From contig OY763415.1 in the NCBI GenBank assembly GCA_963667565.1, positions 448,001 through 512,000 on the forward strand: 64,000 bases of DNA, in the 5' to 3' direction. Below are positions 1-10,380 of the stretch, in pieces. Position 1 is the stretch's first letter. Each line of letters starts with the position of its first letter. The translations under genes were made by a program, and so were the position numbers. The notes beneath the pieces were generated by a model. That model was given only the letters and a program-made list of their open reading frames with translations, did not search any database and had not been told where the DNA came from. The stretch is from Acholeplasmataceae bacterium (lineage in GTDB: Bacteria; Bacillota_I; Bacilli_A; Acholeplasmatales; Acholeplasmataceae).

Positions 1-22
1 CTGCCAGCTGAGCTAAGGAGGC
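1..22 (-). tRNA. 5' end of a tRNA gene, truncated by the window edge (probably tRNA-Thr; anticodon not visible)
   Basis: The reverse complement reads GCCTCCTTAGCTCAGCTGGCAG, which matches an acceptor strand, U8A9 and the GCTCAG..GG D-arm. A minus-strand TATAAT (with extended TG) and TTGAAA lie upstream at about 37-64. Confidence 0.8.
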
Positions 23-142
23 ATATATGCCTTTTTATTATAGCATAAATAAAATATATTTCAACTATTTCAAGTGTTTATTGTATGGTATAATAATGCA
101 TATTGCAATTGCGATTAAATATCAGTCAAGGATTGTGAATTC

Positions 143-622
143 ATGTATAAATATACACTTGCATTCATTATTTATAATGATGAAGTCTTATTATTAAATC
201 GAAATAAAAATCCATGGATGGGTGCTTGGAATGGTGTTGGTGGAAAGATAGAAATAGGCGAAGACATCAAATCATCGATCATTAGAGAAATCAAAGAAGA
301 GACATCCATCAATTTTTCAGATGAACTAGTCAAATACCAAGGTACTGTAACATGGAATTCATTTGATGCTGATGGACAAGGATTATATTTCTTTATGTGT
401 TATCTTGATAAAAAACCAACATTTAAAACACCTGTCATGACTGATGAAGGTATTTTGGATTGGAAAAAAATTTCATGGGCAATTGATAAAGAAAACTATG
501 GTATTGCAAGAAACATACCATTCTTTTTATCACATGCCTTAAAGCATAAAGGATTGTATAATTACCATTGTGTATTTGAAGGTGACAATCTTAAAGAAGT
601 TATTATTAAGGAGTTGAAGTAA
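143..622 (+). CDS. NUDIX hydrolase (MutT-like)
   Basis: Nudix box GGKIEIGEDIKSSIIREIKEETS. Confidence 0.85.
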   Translation: MYKYTLAFIIYNDEVLLLNRNKNPWMGAWNGVGGKIEIGEDIKSSIIREIKEETSINFSDELVKYQGTVTWNSFDADGQGLYFFMCYLDKKPTFKTPVMTDEGILDWKKISWAIDKENYGIARNIPFFLSHALKHKGLYNYHCVFEGDNLKEVIIKELK

Positions 623-1072
623 TGTATTATTATTTATTGCTCATCATACCCATTGTTATTATTGTTTATGTGATATCACAAAAACAAAAGAAAAATGATC
701 AACAACTGATTTTTAGCGACATTTGAAAAACTTAAAACTTATGGCACATTTGATGAACATACACAACAATTAAGTGTCGCTAATCAAACATTTAAAATAC
801 TTTTCTATAAAGTGCCAAAAGATTCAGAGATTATGATTAATAGTCCTAAAATATGGGAAATTAGAACATCATATAGTCAAAAATTGATTAATCAAACAGA
901 ATTTTTAGCAGGAGAATTAAAAAAGATTGTACTTATATATCCAGAAGTACAACCTATTAAAAGATATATTAATGAAAATGAAATGGTTTTTGCTAAGCAT
1001 ACTTTCTTTCACAACATGTATGTCATACCACTTCATGATTTAGACCATTTAATGAAGGAAGTGATTCTATGA
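622..1072 (+). pseudogene. Frameshifted gene for a membrane-anchored hypothetical protein (true lesion or sequencing error)
   Basis: The ATG at 622 overlaps the upstream TAA and has a GGAG RBS. It reads MYYYLLLIIPIVIIVYVISQKQKK... and stops at about 726. Removing one T from the T5 run at about 710-714 joins it in frame to the 812..1072 ORF. Confidence 0.65.
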
Positions 1073-2013
1073 AAAAAATAAGTACCATTTTAGTTCTTAT
1101 AGGATTAAGTTTCACATTATCATCTTGCCAAGAACTTACTGTAACATATACAAATGATGATCCAATGACTATTGAGTCAGCTGATAATACCATTAAGATT
1201 TTACAAATTACAGATCTTCATTTAACTTATGGTATTGATTATCGTGATCAAGAGACATTTAATTTAATCAAAGCACTAAATGATCAAGATGATTATGATT
1301 TAATCGCGATTACTGGTGATATGTTTATGACACCTAATGCACCTATGGTTTTTAAAATGCTTATTAATCATATGGAGTCACTACAAACACCTTGGACATT
1401 TGTTTTTGGGAATCATGATAATGATTTTACAAGTTATGAAAAATTATTAAGTCTCATTCCGGATACTAATTACTTATATTTTAAAGTTGGACCTGAACTT
1501 GAAGATGGTGGTTATGGTAACTTTAAAATCAATTTTACATATCAAGATCAAATCATTTATACAGCATATTTCTTAGATTCTAAAAACGAGATGGACACAT
1601 ACACCGAAGAAGAAGGCGAATATGGATATTTATCAACCGCACAAGTTTCATGGTATGAAAATCAAGTAGCATTAGATCAAACAGAGTCTGTCGTTTACAT
1701 GCACATACCTTTAAGACAAATGATGAATCCCGTAACTTATGAGGGAAACTTTTTAGAAATAAAAGTATATCCACAAGGTGTTGATACTGGATTTTTTGAT
1801 GCGATGAAATTATATGATAAATCTAAGTATGCATTTTTTGGACATGACCATTTAAATGATTTTACAACAGTTGTTGATGGCATTATGTTAGGGTATGGAA
1901 GGGTAACAGGATTTAATGCATATGGATACCTTGATCGAGGTGGTCGTGTTGTCTCAATCACAGATGAAGTGCTCACGACATATATCGTTACAGAAAGTGG
2001 GGTTTTATCATGA
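1069..2013 (+). CDS. Calcineurin-like metallophosphoesterase, probable lipoprotein
   Basis: Motifs DLH, GD, GNHD and GHDH; lipobox-like LSSC at the N-terminus. Confidence 0.85.
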   Translation: MKKISTILVLIGLSFTLSSCQELTVTYTNDDPMTIESADNTIKILQITDLHLTYGIDYRDQETFNLIKALNDQDDYDLIAITGDMFMTPNAPMVFKMLINHMESLQTPWTFVFGNHDNDFTSYEKLLSLIPDTNYLYFKVGPELEDGGYGNFKINFTYQDQIIYTAYFLDSKNEMDTYTEEEGEYGYLSTAQVSWYENQVALDQTESVVYMHIPLRQMMNPVTYEGNFLEIKVYPQGVDTGFFDAMKLYDKSKYAFFGHDHLNDFTTVVDGIMLGYGRVTGFNAYGYLDRGGRVVSITDEVLTTYIVTESGVLS

Positions 2014-2156
2014 GAAAATTAGATAAAACACTCATTGTGTTATCGTCATATTTTTATGCAGTTTTGGGTTTGTTTTTTACAGGGTCACTATGGTGGTTTA
2101 TATTGATACCTTTAGTTACTCTTTTAGTTGTGATTGGAGGAAAAAGACATGTTTGA
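2010..2156 (+). CDS. Small hydrophobic membrane protein (48 aa), absent from the ORF track
   Basis: ATGA overlap with the upstream stop and overlap with the next start. It reads MRKLDKTLIVLSSYFYAVLGLFFTGSLWWFILIPLVTLLVVIGGKRHV. Confidence 0.6.
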   Translation: MRKLDKTLIVLSSYFYAVLGLFFTGSLWWFILIPLVTLLVVIGGKRHV

Positions 2157-2436
2157 GACAATGATTTTTATTCTAATCACGAGCTTTTGGGTTACACTTA
2201 TCTTAGGTACCACTTTAAATATCATTTCTAGAATTGTTATCGTTTTAAGTGATACCTATCAGAAAAAAGAAAAATACCTTATGTTATTTTTACCTTTCTC
2301 TTATGGTATATTTAAATATGCGAAAGAATCAACATATAAAAAAATACATCGTATACTTATCATTGTATTTACAATCACTGCAATTTTAGCGAGTCTATTC
2401 TTATTTTATATGAATGCAGAAGTGGGGATATATTAA
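2149..2436 (+). CDS. Hypothetical membrane protein
   Basis: GGAGG RBS before ATG 2149; two to three hydrophobic segments. Confidence 0.65.
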   Translation: MFETMIFILITSFWVTLILGTTLNIISRIVIVLSDTYQKKEKYLMLFLPFSYGIFKYAKESTYKKIHRILIIVFTITAILASLFLFYMNAEVGIY

Positions 2437-2948
2437 TGGAATTTAAAGTATTAAAAAAACAAAATAACGCATCTAAATGTTTTATTTGCGGCATTCATAA
2501 TGATTTTGGTTTGAAAACCAAATATTATGAGATTGAAGAACGTCGTGTTTTAGGTGTATTTGAAGGTGGAGATTTACATCAAAGCTTTCCTGGAAGAATG
2601 CATGGAGGTATTGTCGCAGCTCTTTTAGATGAAACAATTGGCAGAGCTATGCAAATAGACAATCCAGATTTATGGAGTGTCACCATAGATTTAACAACAA
2701 AATATTTAAAACCGATGCCACTCGCTGAAACACTTTATGTTGTTGGTTGGATAGATCAAGTCAGACATGGTGTTCACTTTGGTCAAGGTTATATATGCAA
2801 TACCAATCAAGAGATATTAGCATCCGCAACAGCAAGATATTTTGAAAAAGATATTACGGATATCCTTGATGGTAAAGAAGATTTAGGAGAAGAATGGATT
2901 TATGTGGCAGATCAAGAAATGCCGCACATATTCGATTTACCAAAATGA
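2436..2948 (+). CDS. PaaI/hotdog-fold thioesterase
   Basis: CFICG and HGGIVAALLDETIG motifs. Confidence 0.85.
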   Translation: MEFKVLKKQNNASKCFICGIHNDFGLKTKYYEIEERRVLGVFEGGDLHQSFPGRMHGGIVAALLDETIGRAMQIDNPDLWSVTIDLTTKYLKPMPLAETLYVVGWIDQVRHGVHFGQGYICNTNQEILASATARYFEKDITDILDGKEDLGEEWIYVADQEMPHIFDLPK

Positions 2949-4489
2949 GTTTATTAGAAGTTAGTGGATTAACATTTAGTTATACCGATCAAAAATTATA
3001 TCTTGATGCATCACTTCGGTTGTTTGCAGGTGAACATGCAGTTTTAGTTGGACCTAATGGTTCAGGTAAGTCAACTTTATTGAAACTTTTAGATAAGAGT
3101 TTAAAACCTGATAAAGGAAGTGTTGAATGGTTACCTCACGTTAAAGTTGGGTATTTAGACCAATATGCAAAATTAGATCAACATCTTAAAGTCAAACAAT
3201 ATTTATATGATGTTTTTTTACCATTCTTTGAAAAAGAAGATGAGATGAACCGGTTATATAATGAAATTGAACATGCAGATCCTAAAGAGCATGATCGGAT
3301 TTTAAAATGGGCATCAGATTTGCAAGAACAACTACTTGATTCAAATTTCTATCAAATTAAATCACTCGTTGGAAATATCATTCACGGGTTAGGATTAACA
3401 ATGGACGTCTTAGATCAAAAAATTGCAACCCTTTCAGGTGGTATGCGTGCAAAAATTATTTTAGGGAAATTGCTCTTAAAAGAAAGTGATGTCTTATTAC
3501 TTGATGAGCCTACAAACTTTTTAGATGTAAAGCATATTGAATGGCTATCAAAGTTTCTTAATAATTATCAAAAGGCATTTATTGTTGTCTCGCATCATGA
3601 AGGTTTCTTAAAAGATATTGCTAAAACCGTGTTAGCCGTAGAAAATGGTCAAATATCACGCTATAAGGGTGATTTTGAATATTACCTAGCAGAAAGAGAA
3701 CAAAGGGCTCAAATCCAACAAAAAGCGTTTGATTCACAACAAGCATTCATTAAAAAGACAGAAGATTTTATTAAAAAGAATATTGTTAGAGCATCAACGA
3801 CGAAGCGTGCACAGTCAAGAAGAAAAATGCTTGATAAAATTGATCGTATCCATCAACCTCATCAATCAAAAACATATCATTTTAAATTTATGTTTTCATC
3901 ACCTACTGGAAAAGTCGTCTTGGAGACACGCGATTTAGAAATTGGATATGATAATTCTTTATTAGAACCACTATCAATTGAAATAAGAAAAGAAGAGAAA
4001 GTTGCGATCACTGGTAAAAATGGTGTTGGTAAATCAACATTTATCAAAACCATTTTGGAAAGAATTCCTTCAATTTCAGGATCGTTTGAATGGATTGATA
4101 CAGCACAAATATCATATTTTGCACAAGATATGATTTATGATTCTAATATCACAGCATTTCAAGTAGTCCATGGAAGATATCCGGATTTTTCCAATAAAGA
4201 AGTGATGAGTTTACTGGGTTCTCATGGTATTAATTATGAAATGGCGAATCGTGAAATGAAGAGTTTATCTGGTGGTGAACAAACAAAAGTTAGACTCGCA
4301 TTATTAAGACATGAGAAAAGTAATGTACTCATCATGGATGAACCAACAAATCACTTGGATCAAGCTGCTAAAGATGCTTTAGAAGATGCACTTATTGATT
4401 ATCCAGGTACATTGATACTCGTTTCCCATGAAATCGATTTTTATAAAGAAATATGTGATTACGAAATTTCATTATATGAACCAGAATAA
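2945..4489 (+). CDS. ABC-F family ATP-binding protein
   Basis: Two NBDs (GPNGSGKST/LSGG/LLLDEPTN and GKNGVGKST/LSGG/MDEPTN) with no transmembrane segments. The start is placed at the ATGA overlap. Confidence 0.9.
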   Translation: MSLLEVSGLTFSYTDQKLYLDASLRLFAGEHAVLVGPNGSGKSTLLKLLDKSLKPDKGSVEWLPHVKVGYLDQYAKLDQHLKVKQYLYDVFLPFFEKEDEMNRLYNEIEHADPKEHDRILKWASDLQEQLLDSNFYQIKSLVGNIIHGLGLTMDVLDQKIATLSGGMRAKIILGKLLLKESDVLLLDEPTNFLDVKHIEWLSKFLNNYQKAFIVVSHHEGFLKDIAKTVLAVENGQISRYKGDFEYYLAEREQRAQIQQKAFDSQQAFIKKTEDFIKKNIVRASTTKRAQSRRKMLDKIDRIHQPHQSKTYHFKFMFSSPTGKVVLETRDLEIGYDNSLLEPLSIEIRKEEKVAITGKNGVGKSTFIKTILERIPSISGSFEWIDTAQISYFAQDMIYDSNITAFQVVHGRYPDFSNKEVMSLLGSHGINYEMANREMKSLSGGEQTKVRLALLRHEKSNVLIMDEPTNHLDQAAKDALEDALIDYPGTLILVSHEIDFYKEICDYEISLYEPE

Positions 4490-4512
4490 AGGCTTCTCAA
4501 AAAGCCTTTTTT
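4488..4512 (+). terminator. Intrinsic terminator
   Basis: AAAGGCTT-loop-AAGCCTTT followed by a T-tract. Confidence 0.7.
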
Positions 4513-4514
4513 AT

Positions 4515-4571
4515 TTGACATAAAATCATCATAAGCATATAATGAAGATATCCCCCCCTATAGAGGGGTAT
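4515..4571 (+). promoter_or_regulatory. Sigma-A promoter and CsoR-type operator of the cop operon
   Basis: TTGACA-17 bp-TATAAT, then the C-tract/G-tract pseudo-palindrome ATCCCCCCCTATAGAGGGGTAT typical of CsoR boxes. Confidence 0.8.
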
Positions 4572-4589
4572 AAAGCGTAAAAAAGAGGT

Positions 4590-4808
4590 ATGAAAATGAA
4601 AACTGTAACTTATAAAGTAAGTGGTATGCACTGCATGGGATGTGCAAATAGTATCAAAAGAGTTTTAGAAAGAAATATGGCAGTTAGTGAAGCTGATGTA
4701 GCTGTTGAAGATGGTTATGCAACAGTAAGTTATGATGAAGCATTGATCAATGATCAAGAAGTCATTACATTAATCAAAAATTTAGGTTATGAAGTTGAAG
4801 TGAAATAA
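4590..4808 (+). CDS. copZ: Copper chaperone (HMA domain)
   Basis: GMHCMGC metal-binding motif; lies upstream of the P1B ATPase. Confidence 0.85.
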   Translation: MKMKTVTYKVSGMHCMGCANSIKRVLERNMAVSEADVAVEDGYATVSYDEALINDQEVITLIKNLGYEVEVK

Positions 4809-4810
4809 AA

Positions 4811-7264
4811 ATGGCAAAAGTACAACTAAACTTAGTGGGTATGACTTGTGCATCATGTGCAAATAGTATCGATAAAGTATTAAACAGACAAGAAGGTATG
4901 ATTAATGCAAGTGTTAATCTTGCTAATGATACTGCCTCTGTTGAGTTTGATGAATCAAAAATAACTATTGAAAAAATTATAGAAGCTGTTGAGTCTGTTG
5001 GATATGATGCCAATGTGATTGAAAATCACATGACAGAACTCGTGATGAATGTCGAAGGTATGACATGTGCAGCATGTGCAATCAATGTTGATCGAGCTGT
5101 AAGAAAACTCGACGGAATTAAAGATGTGAATGTGAATATTGCTAATGATAAAATGACAGTATCATTTGACACACAGAAATTAAAATTATCTGAGATTAAA
5201 AAAGTTGTGTATAATGCAGGATATGATGCGTATTTAAATACTGAAATTGATGAATCTGTTGATCCTGATGTCAAAAAAATGCAAGAAGCAAGAAAAAAAG
5301 TCATCATCTCAATGAGTATATCAGGACTCATGATGACACTTATGATCATTCATATGGTTGTTTTTCCCATTCCTTTATATACACTTATTGTAGCGATATT
5401 AGGATTTCCGGTTGTCTTTATTTTAGGATTTCCAGTGCACAAGGGAAGTTATAAATCATTAAGAAGTGGACATCCAAACATGGATGTATTGGTATCACTT
5501 GGTAGTGTGCCACCATATTTGATTGGATTATTAGGTTTATTCTTGCCTATTCAAACATTTATTGAAATGGCAACAACGATTATGACATTTCATTTATTAG
5601 GTAAATTTTTAGAAGCTAGAGCAAAAGGTAAAGCTTCTCTTGCAATTAAAAAACTTATTGATTTAGGCACAAAAACAGCTACTATTTTAGTTGGTGGAGA
5701 ACAAATTGAAGTGCTCACTCAAGAATTATCAGCAGGTGATATCATGATTATCAAACCTGGGGAAAAGATTCCAACTGACGGTATGATTATTGAAGGGAAA
5801 TCTAAAATTGATGAATCTTTAGCTACAGGTGAGTCCATGCCTGTCACAAGAGTCGTTGGTGATAAAGTCATAGGTGCAACCATCAATAAAGAAGGACTTC
5901 TAAAAGTAGAAGTCACAAAAGTTGGTCAAGATACGTTCTTATCTCAAGTGATTAAATTAGTTGAATCATGTCAAGGTTCAAAAGTACCAATCCAAGCATT
6001 TGCAGATAAGATTACAGGTTATTTTGTTCCTGCGATTATGATTATTACTGTACTAACATTTGCATCGTTCATGATTTTTCCAAGATTTCATTTGAGTATA
6101 TTAAATTTCTTCTCATTTCTTCCTTGGATTAATACTGATTTAAATCAATTGACGCTTGCATTTATCACAGCAACAGCAGTCTTAGTCATCGCTTGTCCAT
6201 GTGCATTAGGACTAGGCACACCAACTGCACTTATGGTTGGATCAGGTATTGGTGCTGAAAAGGGAATACTCATCAGACAAGGTGAAGCTGTTCAAACATT
6301 AAAAGATATTAAAGTCATCGCATTTGATAAAACAGGGACATTAACAATTGGAAAACCAGTGGTTACTGATATTTATGGTGATGATGAACATGAGATTTTG
6401 ATGATTGCTGCATCTTTAGAACAAGGCTCAGAACATCCACTTGCACATGCGATTGTAGAAAAAGGTAAAGAAAATAGTTTAAAATTACTAAACATAAAAG
6501 ATTTCACTGCAGTTTCAGGTATGGGTATTTTAGGCAATGTAGATGGTCAATTAGTTCATATTGGAAATCGAAAATTTATGGAAGCTGAACAAATTGATTA
6601 TCATAAATATGATAATCATATGAAAGAATTGGAAGAACAAGCTAAAACAGTGATGCTTATCGCTAAAAAAAGAACAGCTATTGGAATTATTGCAGTTGCT
6701 GATGAACTTAAACCAGAATCAAAAGCTGTCATAAATATACTAAACAAAATGAATTATAAAACAGCGATGATTACAGGTGATAATAAGCGTACTGCACAAG
6801 CAATTGCTGTTGAACTTGGTATGACTGATTATATTAGTGATGTTTTACCAGAAGGTAAAGTGGATGCGATTAGAAAGCTTCAAGAACAATATGGGATGGC
6901 TGCAATGGTTGGTGATGGTATCAATGATGCACCAGCTTTAAAACAAGCAAATGTTGGTATTGCACTTGGAACTGGAACAGATGTTGCCATTGAAGCTGCT
7001 GATATTACTCTTGTTAATGGTCAATTAGATACCATTTTAAAAGCACTTGAACTATCAAAAGGTATTTTTAGAAAAATTAGACAAAATTACTTTTGGGCTT
7101 GGTTTTATAATGCAATCATGATTCCATTTGCAATGTTTGGTTTATTGCACCCTATGATAGGTGCAGCTGCGATGTCTTTATCATCACTTAATGTCATCTA
7201 TAATTCACTAAGACTCAAAAAGGTGAATTTAAATAAAATGTGGGAGGCATATCATGAAGCATGA
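4811..7264 (+). CDS. copA: Cu(I)-translocating P1B-type ATPase
   Basis: Two GMTCxxC domains, TGES, CPC, DKTGT, SEHPL, GDGINDAP, YN and MxxSS. Confidence 0.95.
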   Translation: MAKVQLNLVGMTCASCANSIDKVLNRQEGMINASVNLANDTASVEFDESKITIEKIIEAVESVGYDANVIENHMTELVMNVEGMTCAACAINVDRAVRKLDGIKDVNVNIANDKMTVSFDTQKLKLSEIKKVVYNAGYDAYLNTEIDESVDPDVKKMQEARKKVIISMSISGLMMTLMIIHMVVFPIPLYTLIVAILGFPVVFILGFPVHKGSYKSLRSGHPNMDVLVSLGSVPPYLIGLLGLFLPIQTFIEMATTIMTFHLLGKFLEARAKGKASLAIKKLIDLGTKTATILVGGEQIEVLTQELSAGDIMIIKPGEKIPTDGMIIEGKSKIDESLATGESMPVTRVVGDKVIGATINKEGLLKVEVTKVGQDTFLSQVIKLVESCQGSKVPIQAFADKITGYFVPAIMIITVLTFASFMIFPRFHLSILNFFSFLPWINTDLNQLTLAFITATAVLVIACPCALGLGTPTALMVGSGIGAEKGILIRQGEAVQTLKDIKVIAFDKTGTLTIGKPVVTDIYGDDEHEILMIAASLEQGSEHPLAHAIVEKGKENSLKLLNIKDFTAVSGMGILGNVDGQLVHIGNRKFMEAEQIDYHKYDNHMKELEEQAKTVMLIAKKRTAIGIIAVADELKPESKAVINILNKMNYKTAMITGDNKRTAQAIAVELGMTDYISDVLPEGKVDAIRKLQEQYGMAAMVGDGINDAPALKQANVGIALGTGTDVAIEAADITLVNGQLDTILKALELSKGIFRKIRQNYFWAWFYNAIMIPFAMFGLLHPMIGAAAMSLSSLNVIYNSLRLKKVNLNKMWEAYHEA

Positions 7265-7517
7265 TCGTACAAAAGCAATTAATATATTAAAAACAGCTAA
7301 AGGACAAATAGAGGCATCTATTAGAATGGCTGAAGAAGGAAGATATTGTGTTGATGTTGCAAATCAAATTGAAGCAACCAATGCATTGTTAAAAAAAGCT
7401 AATTTACTCATTCTGCAGGATCACATTAACACGTGTGTTAGAGAATCTTTTGAAGATGGTACTAGTGATCAAAAAATCGAAGAAGTTATGAAATTACTAA
7501 GTAAATATATTCAATAA
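7254..7517 (+). CDS. csoR: CsoR-family copper-sensing repressor
   Basis: GQI...RYC...HINTC pattern; located in the cop operon. Confidence 0.9.
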   Translation: MKHDRTKAINILKTAKGQIEASIRMAEEGRYCVDVANQIEATNALLKKANLLILQDHINTCVRESFEDGTSDQKIEEVMKLLSKYIQ

Positions 7518-7551
7518 AAAAAGAGCAATCAACTAAGATTGCTCTTCTTTT
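7516..7551. terminator. Bidirectional terminator between csoR and ispG
   Basis: AAGAGCAATC-N6-GATTGCTCTT flanked by A and T tracts. Confidence 0.7.
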
Positions 7552-8597
7552 ATACTGTCATCATATAAATCGATTTCTTTAATCAGCTCATCATAAACTT
7601 CTGATTCTTTAATCTTTTTAATAATCTTACCTTTTCTAAATAAGATAGCTTCACCTTTGCCACCGGCAACACCTAAGTCAGCATGCTTAGCTTCACCGGG
7701 ACCATTAACTGCACATCCCATAATCGCAACATTAATCGTTTTATTTACTTTAAGTAAATAAGATTCAACACGTTTAGCAATATCAATCATATCATATTGA
7801 ATACGACCACATGTTGGACAACTGATAAGATTAGGAACTTTATCCTTTAATCCAAGATTTTTTAAAATCTCTTTTGCTGCTTGAATTTCAATTCTTGGAT
7901 CATCAGTTAGTGAAACTCTAATGGTATTACCTATACCTTCATGGAGTAGGATACCAATGCCCATTGCGGACTTGATTGCACCACTAAATGCAGTTCCTGC
8001 TTCAGTCACACCTAAATGAAGAGGGTATGGAAAAGTTTTTGCTGCTAGTCTATAAGTTTCAATCATTAAATTCATATCAGTTGCTTTTAATGATATAGCG
8101 ATATCATAAAAATCCATAGATTCTAATATTTCTACGTGTGATTTAGCTGTTTCAACCATAAGTTCGGGTGTAGGCATTGCTCTTCCAGGAAGAGAACCAC
8201 TATTGACACCAATACGAATGGGAATATGTTTTTCTTTACAAGCAGCAACGACAGCTTCAACTTGTTCCCTTTTAGGCAAATTGCCTGGATTTAATCTAAT
8301 CTTATCAACACCTTGTGCAATAGCTTCAAGCGCTAATTCATAATTAAAATGAATATCTGCAACTAAAGGAATAGAAATTTGTTTTTTGATTTCACCTAAA
8401 GATTTTGCGTCTTCCATATCTAAAACTGCGACTCTGACAATCTCGCACCCTGCATCTGTTAATGTTTTTATTTGCTTAACAGTTGCTTCTACATCTTTAG
8501 TATACGTATTTGTCATACTTTGAATGTATACTTTATTGTTTCCTCCAAATGGAAGATTACCCACCATAAATTGTTTTGTTGTTTGTCTTTGTAACAT
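7533..8597 (-). CDS. ispG: (E)-4-hydroxy-3-methylbut-2-enyl-diphosphate synthase
   Basis: IQSMTNT, PLVADIHF, RIGVNSGS, SCPTCGR and MGCAVNGPGEA. Confidence 0.95.
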   Translation of the reverse strand: MLQRQTTKQFMVGNLPFGGNNKVYIQSMTNTYTKDVEATVKQIKTLTDAGCEIVRVAVLDMEDAKSLGEIKKQISIPLVADIHFNYELALEAIAQGVDKIRLNPGNLPKREQVEAVVAACKEKHIPIRIGVNSGSLPGRAMPTPELMVETAKSHVEILESMDFYDIAISLKATDMNLMIETYRLAAKTFPYPLHLGVTEAGTAFSGAIKSAMGIGILLHEGIGNTIRVSLTDDPRIEIQAAKEILKNLGLKDKVPNLISCPTCGRIQYDMIDIAKRVESYLLKVNKTINVAIMGCAVNGPGEAKHADLGVAGGKGEAILFRKGKIIKKIKESEVYDELIKEIDLYDDSIKEEQS

Positions 8598-8743
8598 AAT
8601 TTATCACCTATTCCCATTATAGACAATTTGTTTCTAAAAACATAGTTTTTTACATTATTTGACTTTTGAAAATAAAAATGCAAAAAATATTGAAAAAATA
8701 AATAAGTAATGATATAATACATGCGTATGTTTGGAGGGATATC

Positions 8744-8893
8744 ATGAGAGATCTTGTCAAATTGGTTTGTACATCATGTGGCGAAGAAAATTATCATACA
8801 GACAAAAATAAAAAAACTAAACCAGAACGTTTAGAATTTAAAAAATATTGTCCACGTGAAAAAAAATATACAATCCACAGAGAAAAGAAATAA
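8744..8893 (+). CDS. rpmG: 50S ribosomal protein L33 (49 aa), absent from the ORF track
   Basis: [57 protein letters not shown]. Confidence 0.95.
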   Translation: MRDLVKLVCTSCGEENYHTDKNKKTKPERLEFKKYCPREKKYTIHREKK

Positions 8894-8928
8894 GCTATTC
8901 TAGGAATAGTTTTTTTTCTGTATAAAAT

Positions 8929-9549
8929 ATGTTAAAAACAATATTTGGAAATGAAGCATATGCGAACACTTATGTGATTTGCAGATTTGATAGTTGCATG
9001 ATTGTTGATCCCTCACATGATCTTGCACAAATTATGGATGCCATTGGACCTCATAAAGTTCAAGGTATTTTGCTTACGCATGCACACAGTGATCATGTTG
9101 ATTTAATCCAACATTTTGAAGTGCCTATTTATATCCATAAAGATGATGCTCATCTACTATTTGAAGATGGATACAATGGATACGCACCTAAAAAACATCC
9201 TTATTCAAGAAAAGAATTGAATTTGGTGTTAATTGATGATCAACAAAAAATCAAGTTTGCAGATCAATTTATCGAAGTCATTCATTCACCAGGACATACT
9301 AAAGGTAGTGTATGTTTTCTATACCTTAATCATTTATTTACGGGTGACACTTTGTTTAAAGAGTCTGTGGGTCGACACGACTTGTATTCTGGATCTTTAC
9401 CACAGCTTAAGCAAAGTGTATTAAAAATCATGTCATTAAACAATGATATAAAAATATATCCTGGACATGATGAACTTACCACAATGAGGAATGAGAAAAA
9501 AAATAACCCATTTTATATGAAATGGGCTAAACAGTTTAAAAAATTATAG
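8929..9549 (+). CDS. MBL-fold metallo-hydrolase (glyoxalase II-like)
   Basis: THAHSDH, PGHT, TGDTLF and PGH motifs. Confidence 0.9.
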   Translation: MLKTIFGNEAYANTYVICRFDSCMIVDPSHDLAQIMDAIGPHKVQGILLTHAHSDHVDLIQHFEVPIYIHKDDAHLLFEDGYNGYAPKKHPYSRKELNLVLIDDQQKIKFADQFIEVIHSPGHTKGSVCFLYLNHLFTGDTLFKESVGRHDLYSGSLPQLKQSVLKIMSLNNDIKIYPGHDELTTMRNEKKNNPFYMKWAKQFKKL

Positions 9550-10230
9550 AGTTAATGATTTTTTAGATATAACTTGTATATTTTGGTCAAATGTATAAAT
9601 CACTGGTAAACCTGTAGGGAGTTCTAAATCGAGGACTTCCTTTTTTGTTAATTGATCTAAAAACATCATCAAAGATCTTAGGCTGTTACCATGAGCAACG
9701 ATTAATACGTTATTACCTTTTTTTAATTCAGGATAAATATCTGAATACCAATAAGGTAAAACACGATGTAGACAGGACTCTAAACTTTCACCAAGGGGTA
9801 AATGAGGTATACCTTTATATAAAGCATCAAATTTAGGATTTCTAGGATCATCTTCATCCAAAAGAGGAGGCAGTACATCAAAACTACGTCTCCATAAATG
9901 AACCTGTTGTTCACCAAACTTAAGTGCGGTCTCACTTTTATTAAGTCCTTGTAAAGCACCATAATGTCTTTCGTTTAAACGCCAACACTTTTTAACTTCA
10001 AGATGTTCTTTATGCATTTGTTTTAATATGTATGTCAATGTATCATTTGCTCGTTTTAAAACAGATGTAAAAGCAATATCGATATCAATACCAGTACGAT
10101 ATATCAATTGTCCCGCTTTTTTAGCTTCTTCGATACCTTGATCACTTAATTCGACATCTGTCCAACCTGTAAATCGGTTTTCAAGATTCCAAATACTTTG
10201 CCCATGTCTTACCATGATGAGTTGTGCCAT
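9544..10230 (-). CDS. gpmA: 2,3-bisphosphoglycerate-dependent phosphoglycerate mutase
   Basis: RHGQSIWN, LNERHYGALQGLNK and AHGNSLR. Confidence 0.95.
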   Translation of the reverse strand: MAQLIMVRHGQSIWNLENRFTGWTDVELSDQGIEEAKKAGQLIYRTGIDIDIAFTSVLKRANDTLTYILKQMHKEHLEVKKCWRLNERHYGALQGLNKSETALKFGEQQVHLWRRSFDVLPPLLDEDDPRNPKFDALYKGIPHLPLGESLESCLHRVLPYWYSDIYPELKKGNNVLIVAHGNSLRSLMMFLDQLTKKEVLDLELPTGLPVIYTFDQNIQVISKKSLTL

Positions 10231-10333
10231 TACATCACTTCCTTATATTCATATTATACCACTATATGAAATTGAAGAAGAATCGTGCTATGATAAACAA
10301 GTTTTACGTAAATTGTGTGAAGGTTGTAAAAAA

Positions 10334-10360
10334 ATAGCACATTACTCTTGACAGTGCCAA
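10334..10360 (+). promoter_or_regulatory. CIRCE element 1 (HrcA operator), overlapping the -35 TTGACA
   Basis: ATAGCACAT-N9-CAGTGCCAA versus the consensus TTAGCACTC-N9-GAGTGCTAA. The -10 TACAAT is at 10371 with a 17-bp spacer. Confidence 0.75.
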
Positions 10361-10380
10361 ATCAATGTTATACAATAATG

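Noticed and set aside
8513..8722. 69-aa minus-strand ORF upstream of ispG
   Set aside because: It is an AT-rich promoter region between ispG and rpmG with no RBS and an atypical composition.
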